The position numbers and the translations under genes were made by a program. Below the pieces are notes generated by a model. That model searched no databases and was not told where the DNA came from. It was given only the letters and a program-made list of their open reading frames with translations. DNA of 63,075 nt, the filler included, from Octopus bimaculoides (lineage: Eukaryota): the NCBI RefSeq assembly GCF_001194135.2. It is 5 parts of 5 records of this genome, joined end to end, with 100 filler letters (N's around TTAATTAATTAA, not from the genome) between each part and the next. Parts side by side here need not be neighbours in the genome. Positions count along the whole stretch, not along the records: positions 1 to 31,077 come from NC_069009.1; positions 31,178 to 50,378 come from NC_068990.1; 3 more parts are not named here. One strand, given 5' to 3'. Shown here in pieces: positions 23,427 to 35,899 of the stretch; positions within the stretch are counted from its first letter, which is position 1; the number at the start of each line of letters is the position of its first letter.

Positions 23427-24761
23427 ACAAATNNNNNNNNNNNNNNNNNNNNNNNNNNNNNNNNNNNNNNNNNNNNNNNNNNNNNNNNNNNNNNNNNNNN
23501 NNNNNNNNNNNNNNNNNNNNNNNNNNNNNNNNNNNNNNNNNNNNNNNNNNNNNNNNNNNNNNNNNNNNNNNNNNNNNNNNNNNNNNNNNNNNNNNNNNNN
23601 NNNNNNNNNNNNNNNNNNNNNNNNNNNNNNNNNNNNNNNNNNNNNNNNNNNNNNNNNNNNNNNNNNNNNNNNNNNNNNNNNNNNNNNNNNNNNNNNNNNN
23701 NNNNNNNNNNNNNNNNNNNNNNNNNNNNNNNNNNNNNNNNNNNNNNNNNNNNNNNNNNNNNNNNNNNNNNNNNNNNNNNNNNNNNNNNNNNNNNNNNNNN
23801 NNNNNNNNNNNNNNNNNNNNNNNNNNNNNNNNNNNNNNNNNNNNNNNNNNNNNNNNNNNNNNNNNNNNNNNNNNNNNNNNNNNNNNNNNNNNNNNNNNNN
23901 NNNNNNNNNNNNNNNNNNNNNNNNNNNNNNNNNNNNNNNNNNNNNNNNNNNNNNNNNNNNNNNNNNNNNNNNNNNNNNNNNNNNNNNNNNNNNNNNNNNN
24001 NNNNNNNNNNNNNNNNNNNNNNNNNNNNNNNNNNNNNNNNNNNNNNNNNNNNNNNNNNNNNNNNNNNNNNNNNNNNNNNNNNNNNNNNNNNNNNNNNNNN
24101 NNNNNNNNNNNNNNNNNNNNNNNNNNNNNNNNNNNNNNNNNNNNNNNNNNNNNNNNNNNNNNNNNNNNNNNNNNNNNNNNNNNNNNNNNNNNNNNNNNNN
24201 NNNNNNNNNNNNNNNNNNNNNNNNNNNNNNNNNNNNNNNNNNNNNNNNNNNNNNNNNNNNNNNNNNNNNNNNNNNNNNNNNNNNNNNNNNNNNNNNNNNN
24301 NNNNNNNNNNNNNNNNNNNNNNNNNNNNNNNNNNNNNNNNNNNNNNNNAGAAGATGAAACTAGTTTAGTGATTATGTAGCTGAAGATCCTCCACTATGAT
24401 GTCTATTGGCTATGAATGATATTCATTTTCATATTCCACAATTTTGTATCTGGTCATGGGGAATTATTACCTTGCTTAGAAATAGGTGAGGGTTGGTGAC
24501 AAGAAGAGCATCCTAGCCGTAGAAAATCTGCCTCAGTAAACTCCATCTGACCTATGCAAGCATGGAAAAGTGGTTGTTAAAATGATGAAGGGCGTGTTGT
24601 ATGTATGTGTCTGATATGTTTATGTGTATGAGAAGAAGATGAAACTAGTTTAGTGATTATGTAGCTGAAGATTCTCCACTATGATGTCTATTGGCTAAAA
24701 CTTCCTTTCTTTTCTTCTGTCTTTTCCTTCCCTGCCGGCACCTGTAGCTTCTCTCAACAGC

Positions 24762-24870
24762 ATGTATGACAAATCAGCTCGTGACTACAGCATTGTTATT
24801 GGTAGCACTCCAAGCCATGTCGGACCAGGTACCTATGAAGTTAAACAGCGTAGGTTCACTCAAAAACCAG
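24762..24870 (+). CDS. STPG2: First coding exon of an STPG2-like (sperm-tail PG-rich repeat / SHIPPO-rpt family) gene
   Basis: MYDKSARDYSIVIGSTPSHVGPGTYEVKQRRFTQKP+G resembles the STPG2 N-terminus as I recall it (MYDRAPR...GST..HVGPGSY.V). It is preceded by a polypyrimidine tract and AG acceptor at 24759-24760 and followed by a phase-1 GT donor at 24871. Downstream exons were not found (gaps or outside the window). Confidence 0.7.
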
Positions 24871-25829
24871 GTATTTTTCTTTTGGAATTCCTCATATTGA
24901 AGTTTGTTGGCGTTCTTGCCTTTTCATTTGCGTTTGTGTGTGGGAGTGGTGGTGTAAAGAAATCAGCAGGTATGAAATGAATATTGATGTAACCATGATA
25001 TTGTGTTGATCTGATGAGCTAGTCTTCTGTACCTGTATTAACTTGTAATATGTACAATATTACTGTTGTTGTTGGCACTCCGTCGCTTACGACGACGAGG
25101 GTTCCAATTGATCCGATCAACGGAACAGCCTGCTCGTGAAATTAATGTGCAAGTCGCTGAGCACTCCACAGACACGTGTACCCTTAACGTAGTTCTCAGG
25201 GATATTCAGCGTGACACAGTGTGACAAGGCTGACCCGGAATCTTGAGGTTAGTAGGCATTCTTGATCTGCTGAATTTGGTAGATGGAAACTGAAAGAAGC
25301 CCATCGCATATATATCTATATATATTTATGTGTGTCTTTGTGTCTGTGTTTGTTCCCCTCCAGCACCGCTTGACAACCAATGTTGGTGTGTTTACGTCCC
25401 CACTCTTTACTCATGCTTTTTTAGCAATGCCCTCCCACTTATATTATGACTTCTGTAGCACAAGGGTATGCTCTCACACTCTCCCATCCAATTTATATTC
25501 TGATCCCCATCTCTTATGAGTATGCCCAACATTTCACCACCATCTCTCTCCTGCTCCCTCTTGCTGTGTCCCGGTCTCTCACTCTTTCTCTTGCTTTTCC
25601 CTCAGGCTCGGTAACCATGTATCTCCTTTAAAGTAGCACAGCTGTTTCTGTCCTCATTCTCTCTCTCTCTCTCTCTCTGGCCAGGTAACCATGTATCTCC
25701 TTTACAGCGAGACACCTGTTTCTGTCTCTCTGTCTCACTATAACTTTTCATCATCTGGTACAAGATTATCTCCTCCAATGCCACATCCCCTTTCAAAGGA
25801 TCTTTGTCTTGCAAGTTACTTGGTGACCC

Positions 25830-26320
25830 TGCCACTGCTGGTGCCACGTAAAATGCATCCAGTCCACACTATGAAGTGGTTGGCATTTGGAAGGGCATCC
25901 AGCTGTAAAAACCTTTCCAAAACTGACCTTGCCTGTGCTGGTGCCACATAAAAAGCATCCAGTCCACTTTACGGGGCGGTTGGTGTTAGGAAGGGCATCC
26001 GGCCATTAAAACTATGCCAAACTGAGCTCACCTGTACTGGTGCCATGTAAAAAGCACTCAGTCCACTCTACGGGGCAGTTGGTGTTAGGAAGGGCATCCA
26101 GCTGTAAAAACCATGCCAAAACTGACCTTCCCTGTGCTGGTGTTACGTATAAAGCGCTCAGTCCCGTCTACTGGGTGTTTGCTGTTAGGAAGGGCATCCA
26201 GCAGTAAAAACCATGCCAAAACAGACACTGAGGCCTAGTGCTGTCTTCTGCCTAGCCAATCCTTGTCAAACCATCCAACCCATGCCGGCATAGAAAAAGA
26301 CTTTAAACGGTGATGATAAT
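25830..26320 (+). mobile_element. SINE family S4 with four tandem about 100-bp internal units and (GAT)n tail
   Basis: Units start at about 25837, 25937, 26035 and 26135, each containing ttaggaagggcatccagc. Shorter versions at 2583-2818(-), 9918-10076, 18715-18952, 20232-20600(-), 24470-24590. RTE-like tail is an inference. Confidence 0.8.
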
Positions 26321-27621
26321 GATAAAATTTATATGGGGTCAAGGGGTCGCCTATGCACCAGGGTACACCAAAACCCAAGTAGCATAATGTGCACAGACAA
26401 CAACAAACAACAATAAGACATTTAACTTAGAATACAGGATTATGTCATTATTTTGTATGCAAATATATGTAAATATATGCGCATATATTTTCCATTTTAA
26501 TTCAGATAAGTTGTGTTTTTCAGGTTTCTGTTAAGCTTTCAGTATTGCGTATTTTTTGGTTAAATTTAACTTGGTAACAACTGAAAATGTATCTTAATTT
26601 TATTCTAGTTTACGCTTTCTTTCTGTTTTCTTTTTTTATTTTATTTTATTTTATTTTATCTCGAAAATATTTTTTTTCTTCTTATTCTGCATTGATATTC
26701 CACAATTTTAGAGTTTGGTAAAAGTTGGAACTTAAATTACTGGGCAGCAGAAAAAAAAAAAAAAAAAAAAAAAANNNNNNNNNNNNNNNNNNNNNNNNNN
26801 NNNNNNNNNNNNNNNNNNNNNNNNNNNNNNNNNNNNNNNNNNNNNNNNNNNNNNNNNNNNNNNNNNNNNNNNNNNNNNNNNNNNNNNNNNNNNNNNNNNN
26901 NNNNNNNNNNNNNNNNNNNNNNNNNNNNNNNNNNNNNNNNNNNNNNNNNNNNNNNNNNNNNNNNNNNNNNNNNNNNNNNNNNNNNNNNNNNNNNNNNNNN
27001 NNNNNNNNNNNNNNNNNNNNNNNNNNNNNNNNNNNNNNNNNNNNNNNNNNNNNNNNNNNNNNNNNNNNNNNNNNNNNNNNNNNNNNNNNNNNNNNNNNNN
27101 NNNNNNNNNNNNNNNNNNNNNNNNNNNNNNNNNNNNNNNNNNNNNNNNNNNNNNNNNNNNNNNNNNNNNNNNNNNNNNNNNNNNNNNNNNNNNNNNNNNN
27201 NNNNNNNNNNNNNNNNNNNNNNNNNNNNNNNNNNNNNNNNNNNNNNNNNNNNNNNNNNNNNNNNNNNNNNNNNNNNNNNNNNNNNNNNNNNNNNNNNNNN
27301 NNNNNNNNNNNNNNNNNNNNNNNNNNNNNNNNNNNNNNNNNNNNNNNNNNNNNNNNNNNNNNNNNNNNNNNNNNNNNNNNNNNNNNNNNNNNNNNNNNNN
27401 NNNNNNNNNNNNNNNNNNNNNNNNNNNNNNNNNNNNNNNNNNNNNNNNNNNNNNNNNNNNNNNNNNNNNNNNNNNNNNNNNNNNNNNNNNNNNNNNNNNN
27501 NNNNNNNNNNNNNNNNNNNNNNNNNNNNNNNNNNNNNNNNNNNNNNNNNNNNNNNNNNNNNNNNNNNNNNNNNNNNNNNNNNNNNNNNNNNNNNNNNNNN
27601 NNNNNNNNNNNNNNNNNNNNN

Positions 27622-27686
<65 letters not shown>

Positions 27687-28351
27687 TATATACATACATA
27701 CACGTATATATTTATTTATATAAGTGTTTATGTTTGTGTATATGCTTGTCTATGTGTTGTGTCTATGCATGGGTTTGTTTACGGTTGCATGTGTGTGAGT
27801 CTGTTTGTGTATGTTTATGTATGCGTATGCATGTATGTGTGTGTGTCTGTTTGTGTCATTACTTCTCTGTCTTCTTGATGCCTCCCCCCTCTCCCCCGTT
27901 TGTCCTACCTTGTTTATTGGGAAACCACTTCCTACCCTAACACCAATGCCACACCCTTTCTGTCTCATCCCACCCATCTACCTCACTCACTATATGTCTA
28001 TGCCCCCTCAATACCCCCTCATCCAGCCCCTTCGTCTCAAACACACCACCACCACCACCACAACTTCCACCCCTGCCCTCCCTCCCTTTCCGCAGACAAT
28101 TATAAAACAATTATGCTACAGACAGACTGGGGTGGGTGGTGAGGTGTTGGCAGGGGATGGGGAGCCAGTAGAGAAAGGACTGTGGGGGTTATTGTACAGA
28201 GAGTCAGACAGGGTGGGCAGGGCTGGAGGGAAGTGTAGGTAAGATGGGATCAGGTTGTGTTGTAAACAACAGAGACGAATAATGATGAAAATATTGATGA
28301 GAAAATTATGGGAGAAGAATGTCTGAAGATTTTTAAAGAAATTGAATTAAA

Positions 28352-28405
<54 letters not shown>

Positions 28406-29171
28406 TTCTGTATGTGTGAGACAGAGTGTGTATGTATACGTGTATGAATATACGCATACAAATATAGATATATACAGTTGTGGGTGTGTGTGTGTATGTA
28501 TGTATAAATTTATCTGTTAATACGTATATGTGTATATAAGTGTACATGAGTGTGTGTGTGTTTGTGTATATATTCAATATGGATAAGTTCTTTATTTTTC
28601 TTACAATTATTCCTACGATCGTACGTACATATACATATATATGCACACATGCACACGTACTTACACACACATACATACATACATATATATATATATGTAT
28701 GTATTTATATCCATGTATATNNNNNNNNNNNNNNNNNNNNNNNNNNNNNNNNNNNNNNNNNNNNNNNNNNNNNNNNNNNNNNNNNNNNNNNNNNNNNNNN
28801 NNNNNNNNNNNNNNNNNNNNNNNNNNNNNNNNNNNNNNNNNNNNNNNNNNNNNNNNNNNNNNNNNNNNNNNNNNNNNNNNNNNNNNNNNNNNNNNNNTAT
28901 ATATGTATATACATAAATATATATAAATATATATATATATATGTATATACATAAATATATATAAATATATATATATATATGTATATACATAAATATATAT
29001 AAATATATATATAAATATATATGTATGTATATACATAAATATATATAAATATATATGTACGTATATATATATATATATATATATATCTTTATATGTATAT
29101 ATATATGTATATACATATATACATATCTATATATATATACGTATATACATATGTACATCTCTCTCTCTCTC

Positions 29172-29255
<84 letters not shown>

Positions 29256-29548
29256 CGTATCTACATAAATATGTATACTGTTGCTATTATGCTGAAGTAT
29301 TGTAAATCCAAAATGCTGCTTTTTCAGAAAATGACAAACTAGTTTCACCGTTCCATAGCAAAACTATTGTCCTACACTTTGACAATTTCTGATATCTTGG
29401 CATCTGAAGCAGCTGGAGATATGACAATTTGACCAGAAGAACCGGCCATTGCAAACAAAAATAAATATTGAAAAAACGCATTTGGCCAAATTTGGACATA
29501 CGACAGTTTAGCATAATATCAATGAAGGATGCTATATATATATGTATA

Positions 29549-29748
29549 CAGCATGGAATTTTGTCAGTGATCAGGTTGCGGTCTCAAAGCAACAAAAATA
29601 TTTTGGCAAATTAAATTTAAATGTTAAAGTGAATCTAAAGGTTTTTGTGTGTTTCTTAAATGGCTTATAAACTCCTTCCACACTGCAATTGTTTTCGTTC
29701 CAGCACACAATCTCAGATCAGGTCACTTGCTATGCAAGTACATCTCTA
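29549..29748 (+). mobile_element. Family C element, single CpG-decayed copy
   Basis: Aligns to 47545-47733; motif tttgtca GTGATCA g gttgc ggtctcaaa gcaac AAAA atat tt tggcaaa at 29560-29610. Confidence 0.8.
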
Positions 29749-30561
29749 TATATGTATGTATATCTAATTGAATAAGTTGAAGTCAACAAGTAGAAGTATG
29801 GTTGGACATTTATTTGCAATCACTACAATTGTTTCTATGCAACATAGTTCTTCATGCTTGCAGGTACTTTATTATGCAACCATTTCTCTGCATTATGAGT
29901 TGCAAAGTTGACCTTCCTGGAATTTGAACTCAGAACATAAAGGGTTGAAAGAATCTTTAGTAAGGATTCTGCCAGCTTGCCACAAAGTGGAACGTTAATG
30001 GCATCAATTTTACAATTTTTTTTTTTCAGAAAGAACTACAAAAGGCATGGACATTGTTTCCTGTTCAGTACTCACCAAAAAAACCATGGCCACCACCCAC
30101 AAAGAAGTATTACTTGGAAGTACATACAATACTTTTGCTAAAAGCTTTAGGTGCCTCTATAGTAATGAGCAGGTGTGGACCCATCCCCTGTCCCTTGGGT
30201 GACTCACTACTTGTTGCAGCAGAATACTCTGGATGTGACAACTGAAAGAAAAGAGAGAGGGTTGTAGTAGCACTTGGGTGGTACACGTTTACAGCTGAGC
30301 AGACTGGAGTAATGTGAAATGGAGTCTTACTTGGTGCCAGGTTTTTGCTCATTCAGAATGTGACAAGTGAAAGGAGAGAGGACTGGATGATTGGGCAGAC
30401 TGGAGCAATGTGAAATGGAGTGTCTTGCTTAAGGATACCGTGTGCCATTCCAGGGCCAGGAATTGAACCGGTGATCTTCTGATTGTGAGCACAATGCTGC
30501 TAATCAATCAAACAAATATAGAAATGCTTACAGTTTAACCTGGAAAGCTGAAAGAATATCA

Positions 30562-30586
30562 ACAACAACAACAACAACCATAGCTG

Positions 30587-30633
<47 letters not shown>

Positions 30634-30703
30634 GTAATTCCGAAAAGAATGACTGCCAGAACTGTAGCAACAGCAACAACTACAACAACAATTGTGCCCA
30701 CAA

Positions 30704-30735
<32 letters not shown>
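30562..30735. repeat. Compound trinucleotide microsatellite (ACA)n ... (ATC)n
   Basis: Direct reading. Other tracts: (CA)n 10928-10981, (CT)n/(GATA)n 31615-31738, (ATT)n 35838-35898, (AAC)n(TAC)n 36530-36606, (TAG)n 38226-38281, (AAAG)n 52964-53022, (GATA)n 54413-54484, and numerous (TA)n at gap edges. Confidence 0.95.
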
Positions 30736-31077
30736 ACTAGGCGTAGTAGTGGCTGTGTGGTAAGTAGCTTGCTTACGAAACACATGGTTCTGGGTTCAGT
30801 CCCACTGCGTGGCACCTTGGGCAAGTATCTTCTACTATAGCCTCGGGCCGACCAAAGCCTTGTGAGTGGATTTGGTAGACGGAAACTGAAAGAAGCCCAA
30901 GCTCGTCGAAACGCCGGTGTTAAAACGTGAGTAGCTGATGAAGAAGAATGTTCTCTATGTGGCTCGTGTGTTCTCGTCTACGTTTGTTTGCAATGTCCTG
31001 TACCCAGATATGCACCTATACATACAGGTGGATGTCGGTATGCACATACCTGTACGTATATATGCATATACTCATTT

Positions 31078-31177
31078 NNNNNNNNNNNNNNNNNNNNNNN
31101 NNNNNNNNNNNNNNNNNNNNNTTAATTAATTAANNNNNNNNNNNNNNNNNNNNNNNNNNNNNNNNNNNNNNNNNNNN
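31078..31177. other. Artificial scaffold spacer N44-TTAATTAATTAA-N44 (stops in all six frames)
   Basis: The same 100-bp structure occurs at 50379-50478, 54522-54621 and 60478-60577. Confidence 0.95.
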
Positions 31178-31225
<48 letters not shown>

Positions 31226-31608
31226 GGAATGTTGTTTTAGGGTACAATATTCGTTAATTCTGCTAAAAAAATATTGTCTGAAACACTGAAGTGCTGCTTT
31301 AAATCTAAGCACAGACCACCCAATAAAGTAATGTGAGTAGACGTTAATATAATCTATTGCAAATACAGCATTTTTTTAAAGCATGTATTTTTCAACAGCT
31401 AAGAGTGTTTGATCAAAATCTTTTCAAGCTGTCTCTAGCTATCTTCTACTAATTGCAGAGTGAGGAATTACTGAGCTTGGAGTCAGAGATTAAATTCGGT
31501 GAACATACCTTTAACTACATTGCTCGCTTGTGAGCATTATTTTCAACTTAAGGTCTATTTCGTATAGCCAACATTCCGATGACATTAAATTACATTTTAT
31601 CTTCAAAC

Positions 31609-31669
<61 letters not shown>

Positions 31670-31695
31670 CTTCCCTCACACACATACACACACAC

Positions 31696-31739
<44 letters not shown>

Positions 31740-32700
31740 GCAGGTATAGTTTGACCGAATGGTTAAGAAACCTGTTTCGCAATTACAAGGTCCCAAGGTC
31801 GATTTCACAGCGTGGCATCTTGGACAAATGTTATTTTTTATAGCCTCGAAGGCGGCGGGCTAGTAGAATCATTAGCTTGCCGAACAAAATGCTTAGTGGC
31901 ATTTCGTTCGTATTTTTGTTCTGAGCTCAAATTCCACCGAAGTCGACTTTACTTTTCATCCTTTTGAGATCGATAAAACAAGTTCCAGTTGTGTCCTGGG
32001 AATCAATGCAATCGGCTTACCCTTGCCTTCAAAATTTCAGACCTTGTACCTTGTAGCAGAAAGGATTATTGTTATTCTGAAGGTGTCGAGCTGGCAGAAT
32101 CGTTAGCGTGCTGAACAAAATGCTTAGCAGAATTTCGCCCATCTTTATGTTCTGAGCTCAAATTCCGCTTGAGTCCTAGAGTCGATGTAATCAACCTATC
32201 TCACCCCCATTCATCTGAAATTGCTGGCCTTGTGCCAAAATTTGAAATCATTATTATTGTTTTTATCATCATCATCATTAATGTGTCGAGATAGCAGACA
32301 AAATGGAAGAAAACGGTTAGCAGTGTTTCTTCCGACTCTTCATTTTCTGAGTTTAAATATTACCAAAATCAACTTTAACTTTCATCGTTTCAGGGTCGTT
32401 AAAATACGAAACAGTCGAGAACTGGGGTCAATGTTATTGACTAGCCTTCCCCACGAAAAGATTTCTTTGCGGGTAGCCAGTGACTTCAGTTCTTATACAG
32501 AAAGCAGCAAACAAAATATTTGCTGATGTATCTCTGGTTCATCAAAAGGGAATGAAATCACTATATGTATACGAAGCATCGAGGATCAATATAGTGATGT
32601 GTACGTCTTTTATACATGTATTCTACATACATACATAGATAGATACATACATGCATACATACATACATACATACATACATACATACATACATACATAAAT

Positions 32701-33204
32701 ATGCGGCACGATTTTGTTGTAAAAGCAATCTACAATGCGATCTGCAAAAAAGACTGTCCTGAAATAAACTTAGAAAATCCCTCTGTTATGGAATACATTC
32801 ATGAACATCAACTCAAGGAATACTGGTAGAATATTCCCATCAGAACGTCTGTCAAATGTAAACATAACAGGCCGGATATTGTTGCTTGGAACACAGGGGC
32901 AAAAGTATGTACCATCATAGAAGTCAGCTGCCCCGCAGATATAAATATCTCTGAAAATTAAAGAAAAAGAGGATATCTATGGACAACAGCTTTGAAACTT
33001 CTAGCTTCTATATCCAGACTATGAGTTTATATTCATACCAATAATAATTGGAGTACTAGGTTTTGTTAGTAAATGCTTAAAGGAGAATCTGGATAAACTG
33101 GGATTTTCAGAAAGAGAAATCGACCGGCTAATTCGTACATTACAAGTACAACCTGTGAGTGGAACAGTAAAAATATGCAAGACTTTTTCAAGTTCCAAAT
33201 GTGA
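32701..33204 (+). mobile_element. Non-LTR retrotransposon 3' fragment with restriction-like endonuclease (R4/Dong-like)
   Basis: RHDFVV...KHNRPDIVAW...IIEVSCP...KEKEDIY...IPIIIGVLG, with stops and frameshifts. Confidence 0.8.
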
Positions 33205-33350
33205 ATTTGTCTGTGTTAACTACATCCCGAATATAGAGCCTTGTATCTTTGTTGGAAACCGGATCCCTCTTCAGTGGAAGATCTATAATAATTTAAAAAA
33301 TAGAAGAGACATACATACGTAATACATATACTTATATTTGTATACTTATA

Positions 33351-33611
33351 AAATGAAACCTCGGCTTACGAACTTGATTCGTTCTTGAAGGAAATGTTTG
33401 TAAACCAAAGCCAATTTCCCATAAGAAATTCAAGAGAAGGCATGGTAAATTCAAGCAGGGATGTGCACTGAATGAAAGCTAGACAACAACTGATGCTCTT
33501 CTGCTAATACTCTCAGCTTGTTGCCGTTTTGCGTCTTCGTTACTCGAGACCCCGTTCGTAACCCAAGACGTTTTATGTTCCAAAACTTGTCCATAAACCG
33601 AGGTTCCATTG
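33351..33611. mobile_element. Tigger/pogo-like MITE
   Basis: TA-flanked TIRs aaatgaaacctcggcttacg / cataaaccgaggttccattg. Confidence 0.7.
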
Positions 33612-34128
33612 TATATATACACATATACATATAAATAGACTCACATACGCACACGCGCGCACACACACATGTATATTTGTGTCTATGTGTGTAAGCTCAT
33701 TTAGTTAGGATGGAACTGGGAGGGCAGTGACCTTTGCATACTCACCTTGAATGGTAAATTTGATGCAAATGCTATATATGTTTATATACCCCACTTGATT
33801 CAAGATATTCCTTAACTTCTACAGATGGCTTATTCAGAAATGACTATCGCATGATATGTAGTGGCAATGTAGCCACGTGAGCTATGTATTAGGCAACCAA
33901 ATAATCAACTAGATATATTCCGTTAGTACTGGGAAGAGTGTAGTTACGAAAGTGTAGTTAGCTGCCTTCGTAGAGACATAACTTTGAAAGAAGCAGAGCC
34001 AACCCAAAATAAATGACAGAAATCCAAAATTGCCCAGGTTATATACACTCGCAACCGCAAAGCACTAAGCTACGAGATGTTAGATCTTTTGGTTAAAACA
34101 CATGCATATGCTCACTCATATATATATA

Positions 34129-34171
<43 letters not shown>

Positions 34172-35299
34172 NNNNNNNNNNNNNNNNNNNNNNNNNNNNN
34201 NNNNNNNNNNNNNNNNNNNNNNNNNNNNNNNNNNNNNNNNNNNNNNNNNNNNNNNNNNNNNNNNNNNNNNNNNNNNNNNNNNNNNNNNNNNNNNNNNNNN
34301 NNNNNNNNNNNNNNNNNNNNNNNNNNNNNNNNNNNNNNNNNNNNNNNNNNNNNNNNNNNNNNNNNNNNNNNNNNNNNNNNNNNNNNNNNNNNNNNNNNNN
34401 NNNNNNNNNNNNNNNNNNNNNNNNNNNNNNTATATATGTAAATATGCATATATGTAATTGAATATACATGAATATATGTATGTCATGAATAGCTATCAGG
34501 TCATCATCATCATCATCATCATCATAGCCACCAGCTGGAAATGTTACCCGCGGTATATTGACGTCATATCCAGATAATGATTAATCTCTCGCTCGCTTCG
34601 CCATGTACATGAAACTGGAGATAAAGCAGCGGCTCTCGTGGACTCTTCGTGGCCTCGTAAGACATTAAAATCTCATGAATCAACGGATATTATTACAAAT
34701 ATATCAGAGAAGGCTTCAGAATTCCAAATCCACTTGAATTACTTTCATGTTTTTGCTTGCACCAACGGCTTATTTAATGTTATAGAAGTGTCAGTTGAGC
34801 TTCTCTCCATTAAACGTCTGGCAATGAAGAATTTGGATTAAACACAAAAACTAGTGTTATATATAAAAAAAAATCTAATGTCATTAAGGTTGTTTAACAC
34901 CAGGTCAAGTCAATGCTTAGATGAGCAGGCCTATGATTGATGGCATTCCAGCCGTGACTGTCAGTATCACTTTTTTCTCTCTCAGATATTATCTAAGATT
35001 ACATTATCCAGTGTGTACTTGTTTTTTTAAAGATTGTATGATGTAATTTAAAGAAAATTCGACAGCTATTTCTAGTAGATCGAGTGGCTGCAAAACGGCT
35101 CTCTTTTTAACTCAGCAAACAGTTGTTTAAATTGGAGAGATTTAGCAATGTTTATTTAAGGCTTTGCTCAAAGCTTTAAAGTAAATTTATCTCAACCGTT
35201 GGTTCTATTATTTAAATTATTAATATTTAATGAAACTCACTCCAACTCAAACACACGGAATGTTAAATGCCAAGACATCATCATTATCATCATCATTAT

Positions 35300-35830
35300 T
35301 ATTATTATTATTATTATTGAGTGAGAGAGCAGTGCATGCCATCAAAGTGACACTGGGGTAAAATATACGAAGCCCATTATACCCATCATGACTGCCCGTC
35401 TGATAAGGGTACACCAGGTACATGCATCACAAACATATGTACACGACATGATGATCTCATATCAAGATAAACAGCGCATGACCTCGCAGGTGGAGCCCAG
35501 TTAGAATTTTCTTCAGGTCGAGTAGCCCATCCCGCTCAAAAGGTCCCTGAATAAGGTTTGTTTAAGGATGTTGAGCAAAACACCCATGTTTCCAAAGGTG
35601 AATTATTCAAACCCCAAATAATTCCTCTCAACACATGGCTATGATGCTCCCCTACTACTTCTGCTCATGATCAAATATGTACATATCGTCAGCCACCAAG
35701 GGACATGCTCAACTGGTTAAGGTCAAACAACTGACAAGCAAATCTGTGGTATTAAGCAGAATATTTGCTGTAGCCCATCTTTTTATACCAAGACAGAACA
35801 ATGTACATGATAACACTTCCAATCAGTTCA
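35300..35830. mobile_element. Unclassified about 520-bp interspersed repeat flanked by (ATT)n
   Basis: The distal about 140 bp recur inverted and diverged at 11295-11440. Confidence 0.6.
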
Positions 35831-35837
35831 GATCAGA

Positions 35838-35898
<61 letters not shown>

Positions 35899-35899
<1 letters not shown>

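Noticed and set aside
24349-24697. 64-bp direct repeat upstream of the STPG2-like exon as a regulatory element
   Set aside because: One copy abuts a gap and the pair brackets a SINE-tail insertion; more likely an insertion-associated duplication or an assembly effect.
13061-24761. THEG-STPG2 fusion splicing via donors at 13062 or 13134
   Set aside because: Both donors are phase 0 and the acceptor adds one base before the ATG, so the join is out of frame.
28099-28135. Acceptor-like ccctttccgcag followed by DNYKTIMLQ as STPG2 exon 2
   Set aside because: In phase, but no similarity to the expected APF/PGPG sequence; low-complexity context.
31122-31133. TTAATTAATTAA recurring four times (possible piggyBac target or homeobox site)
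   Set aside because: Always centred in N44...N44; synthetic six-frame-stop spacer.
34559-34566. Perfect CRE palindrome TGACGTCA
   Set aside because: A single 8-mer in 63 kb is compatible with chance; no promoter context.
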